Shown piece by piece: positions 1 to 7,739 of a stretch of 15,084 nucleotides of DNA. This stretch comes from Vulcanimicrobiota bacterium (GTDB lineage: Bacteria; Vulcanimicrobiota; Vulcanimicrobiia; Vulcanimicrobiales; Vulcanimicrobiaceae): assembly GCA_003133025.1 (NCBI GenBank), contig PKZK01000217.1, positions 1-15,084 on the forward strand. The letters run 5' to 3'. Made by a program: the position numbers and the translations under genes. The notes beneath the pieces are model-generated. The model was not told where the DNA came from. It made no database searches and worked only from the letters and a program-made list of their open reading frames with translations. The stretch's first letter is position 1. The number at the start of each line of letters is the position of its first letter.

Positions 1-398
1 CCGTCGCCGGCGTTGATCACGTGGCCCGCAAACGATTCGGCCAAGCGCGCCGGAAAGCCCGAGTGCGGATGGCGGGTCACGATCACGCGCACGCCCATCG
101 CGGCGAGCGTGAGCGCCGTGTCGGCGATCGTCTCGCCCTTGCCCAGGCTCGACGAGCCGGGCGGAAGGGCCACGACGTCGGCGCCGACGCGTTGCTCGGC
201 CAGCGCGAACGAGGTGTACGTTCGCGTGCTCGCCTCGAAGAAAAGGTTCACCACCGAAACGTCGCGGAGCAGGTCGCGCGGCGGCGGTTCGGCGTGGAAG
301 GCCTTGGCCCGGTCGAGGATCTCGGTTATGCCGGCGGGGGAAAGGTCGTCGAGATCGATCAGGCTAGAGTAAGGGCTCGGTGCCTTAAGCGCCGGCAT
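1..398 (-). CDS. pyrB: Aspartate carbamoyltransferase catalytic subunit, N-terminal part (runs off the left edge)
   Basis: Not in the ORF track. Manual translation from ATG at 398 gives MPALKAPSPYSSLIDLDDLS...VVNLFFEASTRTYTSFALAEQRVGAD...SSSLGKGETIADT...VIVTRH...HVINAGDG. It contains the carbamoyl-phosphate motif FFExSTRT, SSLGKGE and INAGDG, and overlaps the pyrR stop by 14 bp. Confidence 0.96.
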   Translation of the reverse strand, partial: MPALKAPSPYSSLIDLDDLSPAGITEILDRAKAFHAEPPPRDLLRDVSVVNLFFEASTRTYTSFALAEQRVGADVVALPPGSSSLGKGETIADTALTLAAMGVRVIVTRHPHSGFPARLAESFAGHVINAGD

Positions 399-942
399 CG
401 TCGCTGCGGATGATGACCCGGTCCTCGGGAGAGAGCGTCTTGCCCACGTGCACCACGATGTGTTCGCGCCGGCTGGTGGGAATGGCTTTGCCCACGTAAT
501 CGGCCTGCACGGGCAATTCGCGCAAGCCGCGATCGACCAGCACCGCCAGACGGATCGCGCGGGGACGGCCGAGGTCGGTCACGGCGTCGAGCGCCGAACG
601 CACGGTGCGGCCGGTGAAGAGCACGTCGTCGACCACGATCACCACCTTGCCGGTGAGGTCTTCGTGAATCTCCGAGTCGGGCAAGGCGCGCGCCACGTCG
701 TCGTCGCGATAGAGGTTGACGTTGAGGAAGCCGAGGCCGGGCCGCAGGCCGCTGATCTCTTCGACCTTGGCGGCGAGACGCCGGGCCAACTGTTCGCCGC
801 CGCGCCGGATGCCGATGATGACGATGCCTTGTTGCGCGTCGTCGGGTTCGAGAATCTGGTGGGCGATCCGGCCGACGATCCGATCGATCTGCTGCGCGGA
901 CATCAACGTCCGCTCGCGCAGCGTTTCCAGCGCGCTCCTCAA
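385..942 (-). CDS. pyrR: PyrR-family bifunctional pyrimidine regulator / uracil phosphoribosyltransferase
   Basis: Motifs RIAHQILE, LYRDD, the PRPP-binding VVIVVDDVLFTGRTVR and DRGxRELPxxADYVGK. It lies directly upstream of pyrB. The TTG start overlaps the valS stop (TTGA) and is preceded by GAGGA. An alternative ATG lies at 903. Confidence 0.93.
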   Translation of the reverse strand: MRSALETLRERTLMSAQQIDRIVGRIAHQILEPDDAQQGIVIIGIRRGGEQLARRLAAKVEEISGLRPGLGFLNVNLYRDDDVARALPDSEIHEDLTGKVVIVVDDVLFTGRTVRSALDAVTDLGRPRAIRLAVLVDRGLRELPVQADYVGKAIPTSRREHIVVHVGKTLSPEDRVIIRSDDAGA

Positions 943-3557
943 CCGCGATCCTCTGCGTTCAGGGCGGATAGCGCCGCGCGCACACGCTCCCGTTCGCTCG
1001 CATAATTAGCCAACTTCTCGCGTTCCTTCGCAACCACGTCCGGTGACGCCTTGCTCGTAAAGCCTTCATTGCCGAGCTTCTTCTCGAGCCGCGCCACCTC
1101 GCCGTCGAGCCGCTCCGCCTCCTTGGCGTAGCGGGCTTGGAGCAGCGCGCGCGGGGCGCGCACGGTGACCGCGGCCAGCGGGTCGCCGTCCACCGGCGCC
1201 GCATCGGCCAACGTCGCACCCGCATGCAGACCCAGCAACGTGCGCGTCTCTTCGTCCACGCCCGGCGGCACTTCCAGGGTCAATTTCTCGCGAGGCGGCA
1301 GGCCCAACTCCGCGCGCATCTCGCGGGCCTTGCCCACGACCGTGCGCAGCCGCTCGTAGCGCGCCGCGGCCTCGTCGTCGACCGGCACCTCGCTCGAATC
1401 GGGCCACGACGCCGTCACGATGGTCGCGCCGTCGTGCGGCAACGCCTGCCACATCTCTTCGGTGACGAACGGCGCGATCGGGTGCAACAGACGCGCGACC
1501 GTGTTGAGCACGTACGACAGCACCGCCGCGCGCGTCGGCGTCGGCACTTTGGTCGCTTCGAGATACCAGTCGCAATACTCGTACCACGCGAAGTCGAGCA
1601 ACGTATCCGCGGCCACGCCGAATTCGAAATTTTCGAGCGCGGCCGTCACCGCATCGATCGTGCGGTGCAAGCCGGTCAGGATCCAGCGGTCGGCCAAGCC
1701 CAGGTCGCGCGCGGGCGGCAGCGTGCCGCCGCGCGGCAAGCCCTCGGGCAAGCCCAGCACGTAGCGCAGCGCGTTCCACATCTTGTTGTTGAAGTCGCGC
1801 GCCTTCTCGCAGAACCGTTCGTCGAAACGCAGCTCCTGCGATTCGAGCCGCATCTGGCGCACGATGCCCAGCCGGAACGCATCGGCGCCGTACTTCTCGA
1901 CCAGGTCCATCGGGTCGATCACGTTGCCCAAGCTCTTGGACATCTTGCGGCCCTGCAGATCGAAGACCAGCGGCGCGATGAAGACCGTGCGGAAGGGAAC
2001 GTCGCCGACGAAATGCAGGCCGAGCATCATCATGCGCGCGACCCACAAGAAGATGATCTCGCGCCCGGTGATCAGCACTTGATTCGGATACCAGTGCGCG
2101 AGTTCGGGCGTGGCCTCGGGCCAGCCCAGAATCGAGAACGGCCAGAGGCCGCTCGAGAACCACGTGTCGAGCGTGTCCGAATCGCGGCGCAGCTCGGAGA
2201 TGCCCGCCGCGGCGGCCTCCGCACGCGCCGCTTCCTCCGTTTCGGCAACGAAGACTTCGTCGTTCGGGCCATACCACACGGGCAACTGATGACCCCACCA
2301 GACTTGGCGCGAGACGTTCCAGTCGCGGATGTTTTCCAGCCACGCTTCGTAGGTGCGCCCGAAGCGTTGGGGCACGAAGCGCACGCGGCCGTCGCGATAC
2401 GCCTGCAGCGCGGGCTGGGCCAGCGTTTGCATGCGGCAGAACCACTGCAGCGAGAGCAACGGTTCGACGACCGCACCCGAGCGCGACGAGAGCGGCACCG
2501 CATGCCGCCGCGGCTCGACACCCGTCAACAAGCCGAGCGCTTCCAAATCGGCGACGACCACCTTGCGCGCCTCGAAGCGATCGAGCCCGACGTATTTGGC
2601 CGGCGCTTCGGCGGTGATCTTCGCATCGAAACCGATGACGCTCGGCATGGGCAGGTTGTGGCGTTCGCCGATTTCGTTGTCGAGCGGATCGTGCGCGGGC
2701 GTAATCTTCACGGCGCCCGTGCCGAAGTCGCGCTCGACCGCCGCATCGGCGATCACCGGAATGCGCCGCCCGGAAAGCGGCAACTCGACCTCTTTGCCGA
2801 TCAGGTGCGCGTAGCGTTCGTCGTCGGGGTGCACGGCGACGGCCGTGTCGCCGAGCATCGTTTCGGGGCGCGTGGTCGCGACCTCGATCGCGAACGTACC
2901 GTCGGCGCCGGGATAACGGATGCGCCACAGGAAGCCGTCGCGTTCTTCGTCGTCGACCTCGGCCTCGGAGAGCGTCGACTGCGAGACCGGGTCCCAGTTC
3001 ACCAAGCGCGTGCCGCGGTAGATCAGACCCTCGCGATAGAGCGCTACGAACACCTTGACCACGGCGGCCGAGAGGCCCGGGTCCATGGTGAAGCGCTCGC
3101 GCGCCCAATCGGGCCCGAAACCCAGGCGCTGGAACTGCTCGTCGATCGCGCCGCCGTACGTTTCGCGCCAGGCCCAGGCCTCGGCGAGGAACGCCTCGCG
3201 GCCCAGACCATCGCGCGTTTGGCCGCGCTTGGCGAGTTCGCGCACGAGCACGGCCTCGGTGGCGATGGCCGCGTGATCCTGACCCGGCAGCCAGTCGGCA
3301 TTCTCACCGAGCATGCGGTGGTAGCGCGTCAGGATGTCCATCGGCGTGTACGTCGAGCCGTGGCCCAGGTGTGCGCGCCCGGTGATGTTGGGCGGCGGCA
3401 TCGAGATGATGAACGGCGGCCGCGCCGGATCGGGATCCTCGTGAAAGACGCCGCTCGCGAGCCAACGCGCGTAGCGAGCTTGCTCGACGGCCGCGGGCTC
3501 GTACGTTTTGGGCAGGTCGTCGGGGCTCGAACCCGAGCCGTGGGAAGCCGTCAGCAC
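939..3557 (-). CDS. valS: Valine--tRNA ligase
   Basis: Class I aaRS motifs PPPNITGRAHLGH (HIGH) and KMSKS, plus DHAAIATE, ATTRPETMLGD, GTGAVKITPAHD, DWNVSRQVWWGH and DTLDTWFSS. The C-terminal coiled-coil tRNA-binding arm (KKLGNEGFTSKASPDVVAKEREKL) is typical of ValRS. The GTG start is somewhat uncertain. Confidence 0.97.
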   Translation of the reverse strand: MLTASHGSGSSPDDLPKTYEPAAVEQARYARWLASGVFHEDPDPARPPFIISMPPPNITGRAHLGHGSTYTPMDILTRYHRMLGENADWLPGQDHAAIATEAVLVRELAKRGQTRDGLGREAFLAEAWAWRETYGGAIDEQFQRLGFGPDWARERFTMDPGLSAAVVKVFVALYREGLIYRGTRLVNWDPVSQSTLSEAEVDDEERDGFLWRIRYPGADGTFAIEVATTRPETMLGDTAVAVHPDDERYAHLIGKEVELPLSGRRIPVIADAAVERDFGTGAVKITPAHDPLDNEIGERHNLPMPSVIGFDAKITAEAPAKYVGLDRFEARKVVVADLEALGLLTGVEPRRHAVPLSSRSGAVVEPLLSLQWFCRMQTLAQPALQAYRDGRVRFVPQRFGRTYEAWLENIRDWNVSRQVWWGHQLPVWYGPNDEVFVAETEEAARAEAAAAGISELRRDSDTLDTWFSSGLWPFSILGWPEATPELAHWYPNQVLITGREIIFLWVARMMMLGLHFVGDVPFRTVFIAPLVFDLQGRKMSKSLGNVIDPMDLVEKYGADAFRLGIVRQMRLESQELRFDERFCEKARDFNNKMWNALRYVLGLPEGLPRGGTLPPARDLGLADRWILTGLHRTIDAVTAALENFEFGVAADTLLDFAWYEYCDWYLEATKVPTPTRAAVLSYVLNTVARLLHPIAPFVTEEMWQALPHDGATIVTASWPDSSEVPVDDEAAARYERLRTVVGKAREMRAELGLPPREKLTLEVPPGVDEETRTLLGLHAGATLADAAPVDGDPLAAVTVRAPRALLQARYAKEAERLDGEVARLEKKLGNEGFTSKASPDVVAKEREKLANYASERERVRAALSALNAEDRG

Positions 3558-3613
3558 GATTGCCCTGGATTAGGCAATGCGCAGGCGGGCCCTACCCGGT
3601 CGACCGGGCGCGC

Positions 3614-3745
3614 TCAGGGCTGGTAGTAGTCTCCGGTCCCGTAGGTGTCGCGGCCGACGAAGTACCACAGCGTCGGAATCGCGGCGATCACCAGGAAGAA
3701 GAGCACGAGCAGGCCGTACTGCGCGAACGGATTCAGAGGAGTCAT
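3614..3745 (-). CDS. Small (43 aa) predicted single-pass membrane protein
   Basis: Manual translation: MTPLNPFAQYGLLVLFFLVIAAIPTLWYFVGRDTYGTGDYYQP*. It has one clean hydrophobic segment and mostly G/C third codon positions like its neighbours. It fills the gap between valS and the divergent gene, with GAGG upstream. Confidence 0.7.
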   Translation of the reverse strand: MTPLNPFAQYGLLVLFFLVIAAIPTLWYFVGRDTYGTGDYYQP

Positions 3746-3850
3746 CCCGGCTATCTTGCCTCATCCGGCACACCCGGGCCTGTAGCCGCTGCTACGCCCG
3801 CGACGGCCGCAGGCTGGAAGGCCGGGCGCGCGAGGCGAAAACAGGGGGCC

Positions 3851-5632
3851 ATGCCGACTCTCTCCGCGCGGGCGCAGTCGACGCTCGTCGTGATCCTCAG
3901 TGCACTGGCGCTGGCCTTCACGCTGCCCGCGGCCACCGTGGGCTGGGCCGAGCGCGGCACCTGGGGCATCAACGGCAACTTCGTGCGCACGGTCGAACCC
4001 GGTTCGAGCGCAGACGCGGCGGGCATCGTGCCGGGCGACCGCATCCGTTTCGGTCAGTTGCCCGGTACCGAGCGGGTGCGCATCCTCTTCCCCATCCCCG
4101 GCGAACGGCTCACGGTGCCGATCGAGCACGAGGAGCCCGGCGGGAAGTTCGTGACCCGCACCGTCACCATGACCGCAGGCACGGTGACCGTGGTCAAGAC
4201 CAATCTCGAGCGCTGGCTGATCGTGCTCGAGTTTCTGACGTACGTGACCTTTGTGGCCGTGGGCGCGACGCTGGTCTTCTTGCGCCCCTCGCCGATGACG
4301 TGGTGGCTCTGGTTCTACTGCCTCGGCTGGGTGCCCGTGCAGTGGATCCACTGGCACTATGCCTTCCTGCCCTCGGCCGCATTGACCGCGCTCTTCATGA
4401 TCGACAACGCCTTCATCGCGGGCGGCTCGAGCCTGCCGCTCTTGCCCTTTCTGCTGCGCTTCCCCAAGGGGCGCATCTCCGGCTGGCGCGAGCGCTGGCA
4501 CGGCCCCGTGGCGGCATTGCTGGTTGCGGGTTACGCCTACTACATCGGGCTCGCGTTCTGGCGTTTCTCGGATCAACTCAGCCGTCCGCAGATCTCGTTC
4601 CTCAACGCGGCGCCCGCGAGCGGCGTCTTCGTCATCGCCGCGGTGCTCTTGCTCGCGACCTTCGCGCGCGCCGAAGGCACCGAAAAGCCGCGCCTGCGCT
4701 GGGCCGTCTTCGGCATGCTCTTCTCGTTCATCTCGCTCTTCATCTCGTACGTTCCCGTACCGAAGCCGGCGTGGTTCAACGAACTGGTGACCTCGCTCTC
4801 GGTAACGATGCCGCTCTCCATCGCCTATGCGACGCTACGCCATCGTCTGCTCGACGTGCGCTTCGTGATCAACAATGCGGTCGTGTACGGCTCGGTCGCG
4901 TTCTTGCTGATCGCGATCGTGAGCATGATCGATTTCACGCTCTCGCACCTCGTGGCCGACTACCACCTGACGCTGGGCATCGAAGCCGCAATCACGATCG
5001 GCCTGGGCGTCGCGCTCGACCGCTTGCACGGCACCATGGAACGCACGGCCGAGCGCATCTTCTTTCGCTCGCGCTTGATCGCCGCCGAACGCTTGCGTCG
5101 CGTGCGCGGAGCACTGGCCTTCGCCTCGCGTGACGAGACGATTCAGTCCTCTCTCGTCGAAGAGCCCGTAGCCGCGCTCTCGCTCACGTCGGCGGCGCTT
5201 TTCCGGAAAAATCCGGACGGCACGTTCGCACGCACGCACGCCGTCGGCTGGGACGACGCGCCGCTGACCAAGCTCGACGCCGACGACAAACTGTTGCGCA
5301 CGCTGCAGTTCGAGCGCAAGGCGCTCGATCCGAGCGAGGTCTGGGGCAAACGCGACGACGTGCCGCGAGGCCCCGCGGCGCCGACGCTCGCCACGCCGAT
5401 CTTCTCGCGCGAGACGCTCGAAGGTTTGGTGCTCTACGGCGGACATCGCGATGAAACCGAGATCGATCCCGGTCAAGCCGACTTACTCAGCGGGCTAAGC
5501 GAGGCCGCCGCGGCCGCGTTCGATCACGTCGCGTTCGAACGTTCGCAGGAAACGATCGAGGAGTTGCGCCGTCGTTTGGCCGCGCCGCTGGCCCCGCCAC
5601 CGGCATTGCTCGAGGGTTTGCCGCCCCTGTAA
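3851..5632 (+). CDS. Multi-pass membrane protein with an N-terminal PDZ-like domain and a C-terminal GAF-like domain (593 aa)
   Basis: Probable ATG at 3851 after AGGGGG. The track's extension to 3560 overlaps the micro-ORF. The protein has an N-terminal TM, a PDZ-like segment (VRTVEPGSSADAAGIVPGDRI), about nine further hydrophobic helices (LLRFP, LRWAVFG, IAYATLRHRLLDV) and a GAF-like end (LATPIFSRETLEGLVLYG...DLLSGLSEAAAAAFDH). Confidence 0.85.
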   Translation: MPTLSARAQSTLVVILSALALAFTLPAATVGWAERGTWGINGNFVRTVEPGSSADAAGIVPGDRIRFGQLPGTERVRILFPIPGERLTVPIEHEEPGGKFVTRTVTMTAGTVTVVKTNLERWLIVLEFLTYVTFVAVGATLVFLRPSPMTWWLWFYCLGWVPVQWIHWHYAFLPSAALTALFMIDNAFIAGGSSLPLLPFLLRFPKGRISGWRERWHGPVAALLVAGYAYYIGLAFWRFSDQLSRPQISFLNAAPASGVFVIAAVLLLATFARAEGTEKPRLRWAVFGMLFSFISLFISYVPVPKPAWFNELVTSLSVTMPLSIAYATLRHRLLDVRFVINNAVVYGSVAFLLIAIVSMIDFTLSHLVADYHLTLGIEAAITIGLGVALDRLHGTMERTAERIFFRSRLIAAERLRRVRGALAFASRDETIQSSLVEEPVAALSLTSAALFRKNPDGTFARTHAVGWDDAPLTKLDADDKLLRTLQFERKALDPSEVWGKRDDVPRGPAAPTLATPIFSRETLEGLVLYGGHRDETEIDPGQADLLSGLSEAAAAAFDHVAFERSQETIEELRRRLAAPLAPPPALLEGLPPL

Positions 5633-5749
5633 TGATCCGCGTCACACCGAAGGCATGACGCAGGTCACAGGTTGCCGAGCGCGCGAGGAGCGCCGCCGGG
5701 AATCACGCAACAGAGCCCGTGCGAGAATGGTGCTCCTGACCAGGGTGCC

Positions 5750-5791
5750 AACGAAACGGGGCGGGCAAGGATGCCAGCCCCGTTTCGTTTT
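5750..5791. terminator. Intrinsic terminator-like hairpin between convergent genes, possibly bidirectional
   Basis: 13-bp perfect inverted repeat AACGAAACGGGGC (5750-5762) / GCCCCGTTTCGTT (5777-5789) with an inner GGCA/TGCC stem and T-rich 3' ends on both strands. Confidence 0.75.
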
Positions 5792-5805
5792 CCCGGACCA
5801 TTCGC

Positions 5806-6246
5806 TCAGTGCGACTGCTGGCGGCCGCGCTGCGAGGTCCAGACCGTGCCGTCGGCGAGTTTCACCGAGAGCACGTGGCAGTAATTCGGCCGCGTGCCCA
5901 GATAGGCGAAGTCGACGAACTGCGAATAGTTGTGCACGATCGGCACGCCGGGCGCGAAGGTGCCTACGTCGTCGATCGTCTCCACGTCGCCGCGGTAATC
6001 CACCTCGAAGCGGATCGACTGCGCGCGCTGCGCCGAGCGATTGTGGAAGCTGATCTTCAGGCCCGCGGTCGTGACCCAGCGGAAGTTCCCGTTGACCACA
6101 CGGTAGGGCGGATAGGCGACGTTGGTCGTGACGACGCAGTCGTCGATGCCGATCGGCGGCAACGTGGCGGGAGCCGACGCGGGTTGCGCGGCGGCCGGCG
6201 CCGCCGAGGCGAGAAAGGCGCAAAGGAGCGCGAGGGGAGTACGCAT
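5806..6246 (-). CDS. Secreted hypothetical protein (146 aa), probable Ig-like/beta-sandwich fold
   Basis: Signal peptide MRTPLALLCAFLASAAPAAA and a strong GGAGG RBS. The mature part is beta-rich (LKISFHN, SIRFEVDY, DDVGTFAPG, VKLADGTVW) with two Cys. Same strand as, and 60 bp downstream of, the phosphoesterase. Confidence 0.8.
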   Translation of the reverse strand: MRTPLALLCAFLASAAPAAAQPASAPATLPPIGIDDCVVTTNVAYPPYRVVNGNFRWVTTAGLKISFHNRSAQRAQSIRFEVDYRGDVETIDDVGTFAPGVPIVHNYSQFVDFAYLGTRPNYCHVLSVKLADGTVWTSQRGRQQSH

Positions 6247-6306
6247 GCGAACAGACCTCCGGTTCGAAATGGCGGTGCCGCGCCGCTTCGCGAAACGGCC
6301 GGTCGT

Positions 6307-7656
6307 TCACTCGTTGTCCGGGGCAACTCCCGAAGGCGGGTGCGGCACGTAGCGCCGGGTCGAGAGGTGCTTGCGAATCGACGAGTACGAGCGCGGCGAC
6401 TGGCCGAAGTCGAACATGTCCGAGAAGTCGACCGCGCGAGCGTCGGCCTGGGTCAGCGCGGAAACGCCGAAGACCGTCTCGGCAAACTTCAACAAGCCGG
6501 CAGTCTCGTAGCTGACGTGCGAGACGTAATTCGCTTTCGCATACGGCGAGATCGCGATCAGCGGCACGCGCATCCCGAGGCTCTGCACGCTGATCTGCGC
6601 CGGTGCGACGTGATCGTACCAACCGCCCCAATCGTCCCACACCACGAACACGGCGGTCGAGTTCCAGAATTGACTCGTGCCGATCGCGTCGACGATCGAT
6701 GAGACCCACGCCGGACCGCCCAAGCCGCTTCCCGAACCCGAGTGATCCGATTCATCGTAGTCGGGAACGATCCAGGTCATGCCCGCGAGATTGCCTGCGG
6801 CAATGTCGGTCAAGACCCGGCTGGGCGGCGAGATGACGTTGTTTCCCCAATCCGAACCATAACGAATGTGATTGATCGCGTCGTATGCGCTCCAGATGTC
6901 GCCCAAATTGCTGCCGATCGCCGGCGCATAGTAGCGCCAGCTCACGTCCTTCGCATCCAGTTCGTCACCGAACGTCGTGTAGTTCAAGCACGGCGAGATG
7001 CCCGGACCTTGCGTACGATCCGAGTTGAGCGTGGGCACCGTGGTATCGGCGGGGGAGTCACAGCCCCAGGGAAGGTGATCCGGCGCATCCACGGTCAGAT
7101 CCGACTGGGCCGCGATCAAGAACTGATGCGCCGTCCAACTCGCGTCGATCTGCGAGGCGAAATTGTTGTCGGCCAACACGAACTGCTTGGCCAGCGCGAA
7201 GTACGGCGCCGACTCGGCGGCAGGGACGTAGGCGTAGGCAGCATCCGTCGGCGGCGTGCACCCTGCCGACAAGATCTGGTCGAAGCCGTTCATCGCTCCG
7301 CCGTTGTATTCGGTCAGGAAGTCGATCTCGTTGTGATCGGGATCGTAGCAGGCGTTGAGCGGGGCGGAGTGCAGTTGCACCGTCGCACCCGTGCTCGTCT
7401 GGCCGCTCGTGGCGGTGTTGGCGCCCGGGTAGCCGTAGAACAGGTTATCGAAGCTGCGGTTCTCCTGAATGATGAAAACGACGTGCTTGATGTAATTCTG
7501 CGGCGCGAACGGTGCCTGCGACGGCGGGCTCGTCGGCGGGCTCGTGAACGGCGACGTATAGGGCGAGGGCAGTGGGCCAGGCGTGCCGGAATGCCCGCCG
7601 CAGCCCGCCACGATCGCCATCGCCACGAAAATCAAGAGCGCCCAGGCGGACCTCAT
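6307..7656 (-). CDS. Lipoprotein phosphoesterase (phospholipase C / AcpA acid phosphatase family, alkaline-phosphatase superfamily)
   Basis: Lipobox IVAG-C, a Pro/Ser/Thr linker, and the family signatures IKHVVFIIQENRSFDNLF, NGGAMNGF, LAKQFVLADNNF, SDH, VVWDDWGGWYDHVAP and GMRVPLIAISPYAK. Confidence 0.92.
   Translation of the reverse strand: MRSAWALLIFVAMAIVAGCGGHSGTPGPLPSPYTSPFTSPPTSPPSQAPFAPQNYIKHVVFIIQENRSFDNLFYGYPGANTATSGQTSTGATVQLHSAPLNACYDPDHNEIDFLTEYNGGAMNGFDQILSAGCTPPTDAAYAYVPAAESAPYFALAKQFVLADNNFASQIDASWTAHQFLIAAQSDLTVDAPDHLPWGCDSPADTTVPTLNSDRTQGPGISPCLNYTTFGDELDAKDVSWRYYAPAIGSNLGDIWSAYDAINHIRYGSDWGNNVISPPSRVLTDIAAGNLAGMTWIVPDYDESDHSGSGSGLGGPAWVSSIVDAIGTSQFWNSTAVFVVWDDWGGWYDHVAPAQISVQSLGMRVPLIAISPYAKANYVSHVSYETAGLLKFAETVFGVSALTQADARAVDFSDMFDFGQSPRSYSSIRKHLSTRRYVPHPPSGVAPDNE
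7522..7569 (-). repeat. Degenerate 12-bp tandem repeat encoding an (S-P-x-T)n linker
   Basis: The plus strand reads CGGCGGGCTCGT-CGGCGGGCTCGT-GAACGGCGACGT-..., which encodes PSPYTSPFTSPPTSPP after the lipobox. Confidence 0.6.
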
Positions 7657-7706
7657 GCTCGCGCCTTTGGCGCAATGCGGCAGAACCTCATGCCGCGAGC
7701 GCAGAT

Positions 7707-7723
7707 TCTCAGCGCACTCTCAG
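7707..7723. promoter_or_regulatory. Perfect tandem hexamer TCTCAG-N5-TCTCAG (OmpR-family / MprA-box-like operator) upstream of the phosphoesterase
   Basis: TCTCAG at 7707-7712 and 7718-7723 (11-bp period), in the 83-bp gap between the kinase stop and the phosphoesterase start. Confidence 0.65.
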
Positions 7724-7739
7724 GCGCTCCGTCGCTACA

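Noticed and set aside
1066..3626. Very long alternative ORFs over valS (1137..3626 +, 829 aa; 1066..3108 -, 680 aa) and similar ORFs over other genes
   Set aside because: These are shadow frames expected in high-GC coding DNA. They are Arg/Ala/Gly-rich, have no family motifs and fully overlap well-supported genes.
3558..3850. T-box riboswitch upstream of valS
   Set aside because: There is no UGGNACC T-box bulge and no terminator/antiterminator with a U-tract, and the space is occupied by the micro-ORF.
5670..5752. SAM-I/SAH riboswitch-like words (GCAAC...GGTGC, GAGGAGCG) and an HDV-ribozyme-like loop (CGC-TCCTCGC-GCG on the minus strand)
   Set aside because: The required flanking elements are missing (AUCxAGAG/P1 for SAM-I; the P1 partner and P1.1 GG for HDV), and there is no downstream gene in a riboswitch orientation.
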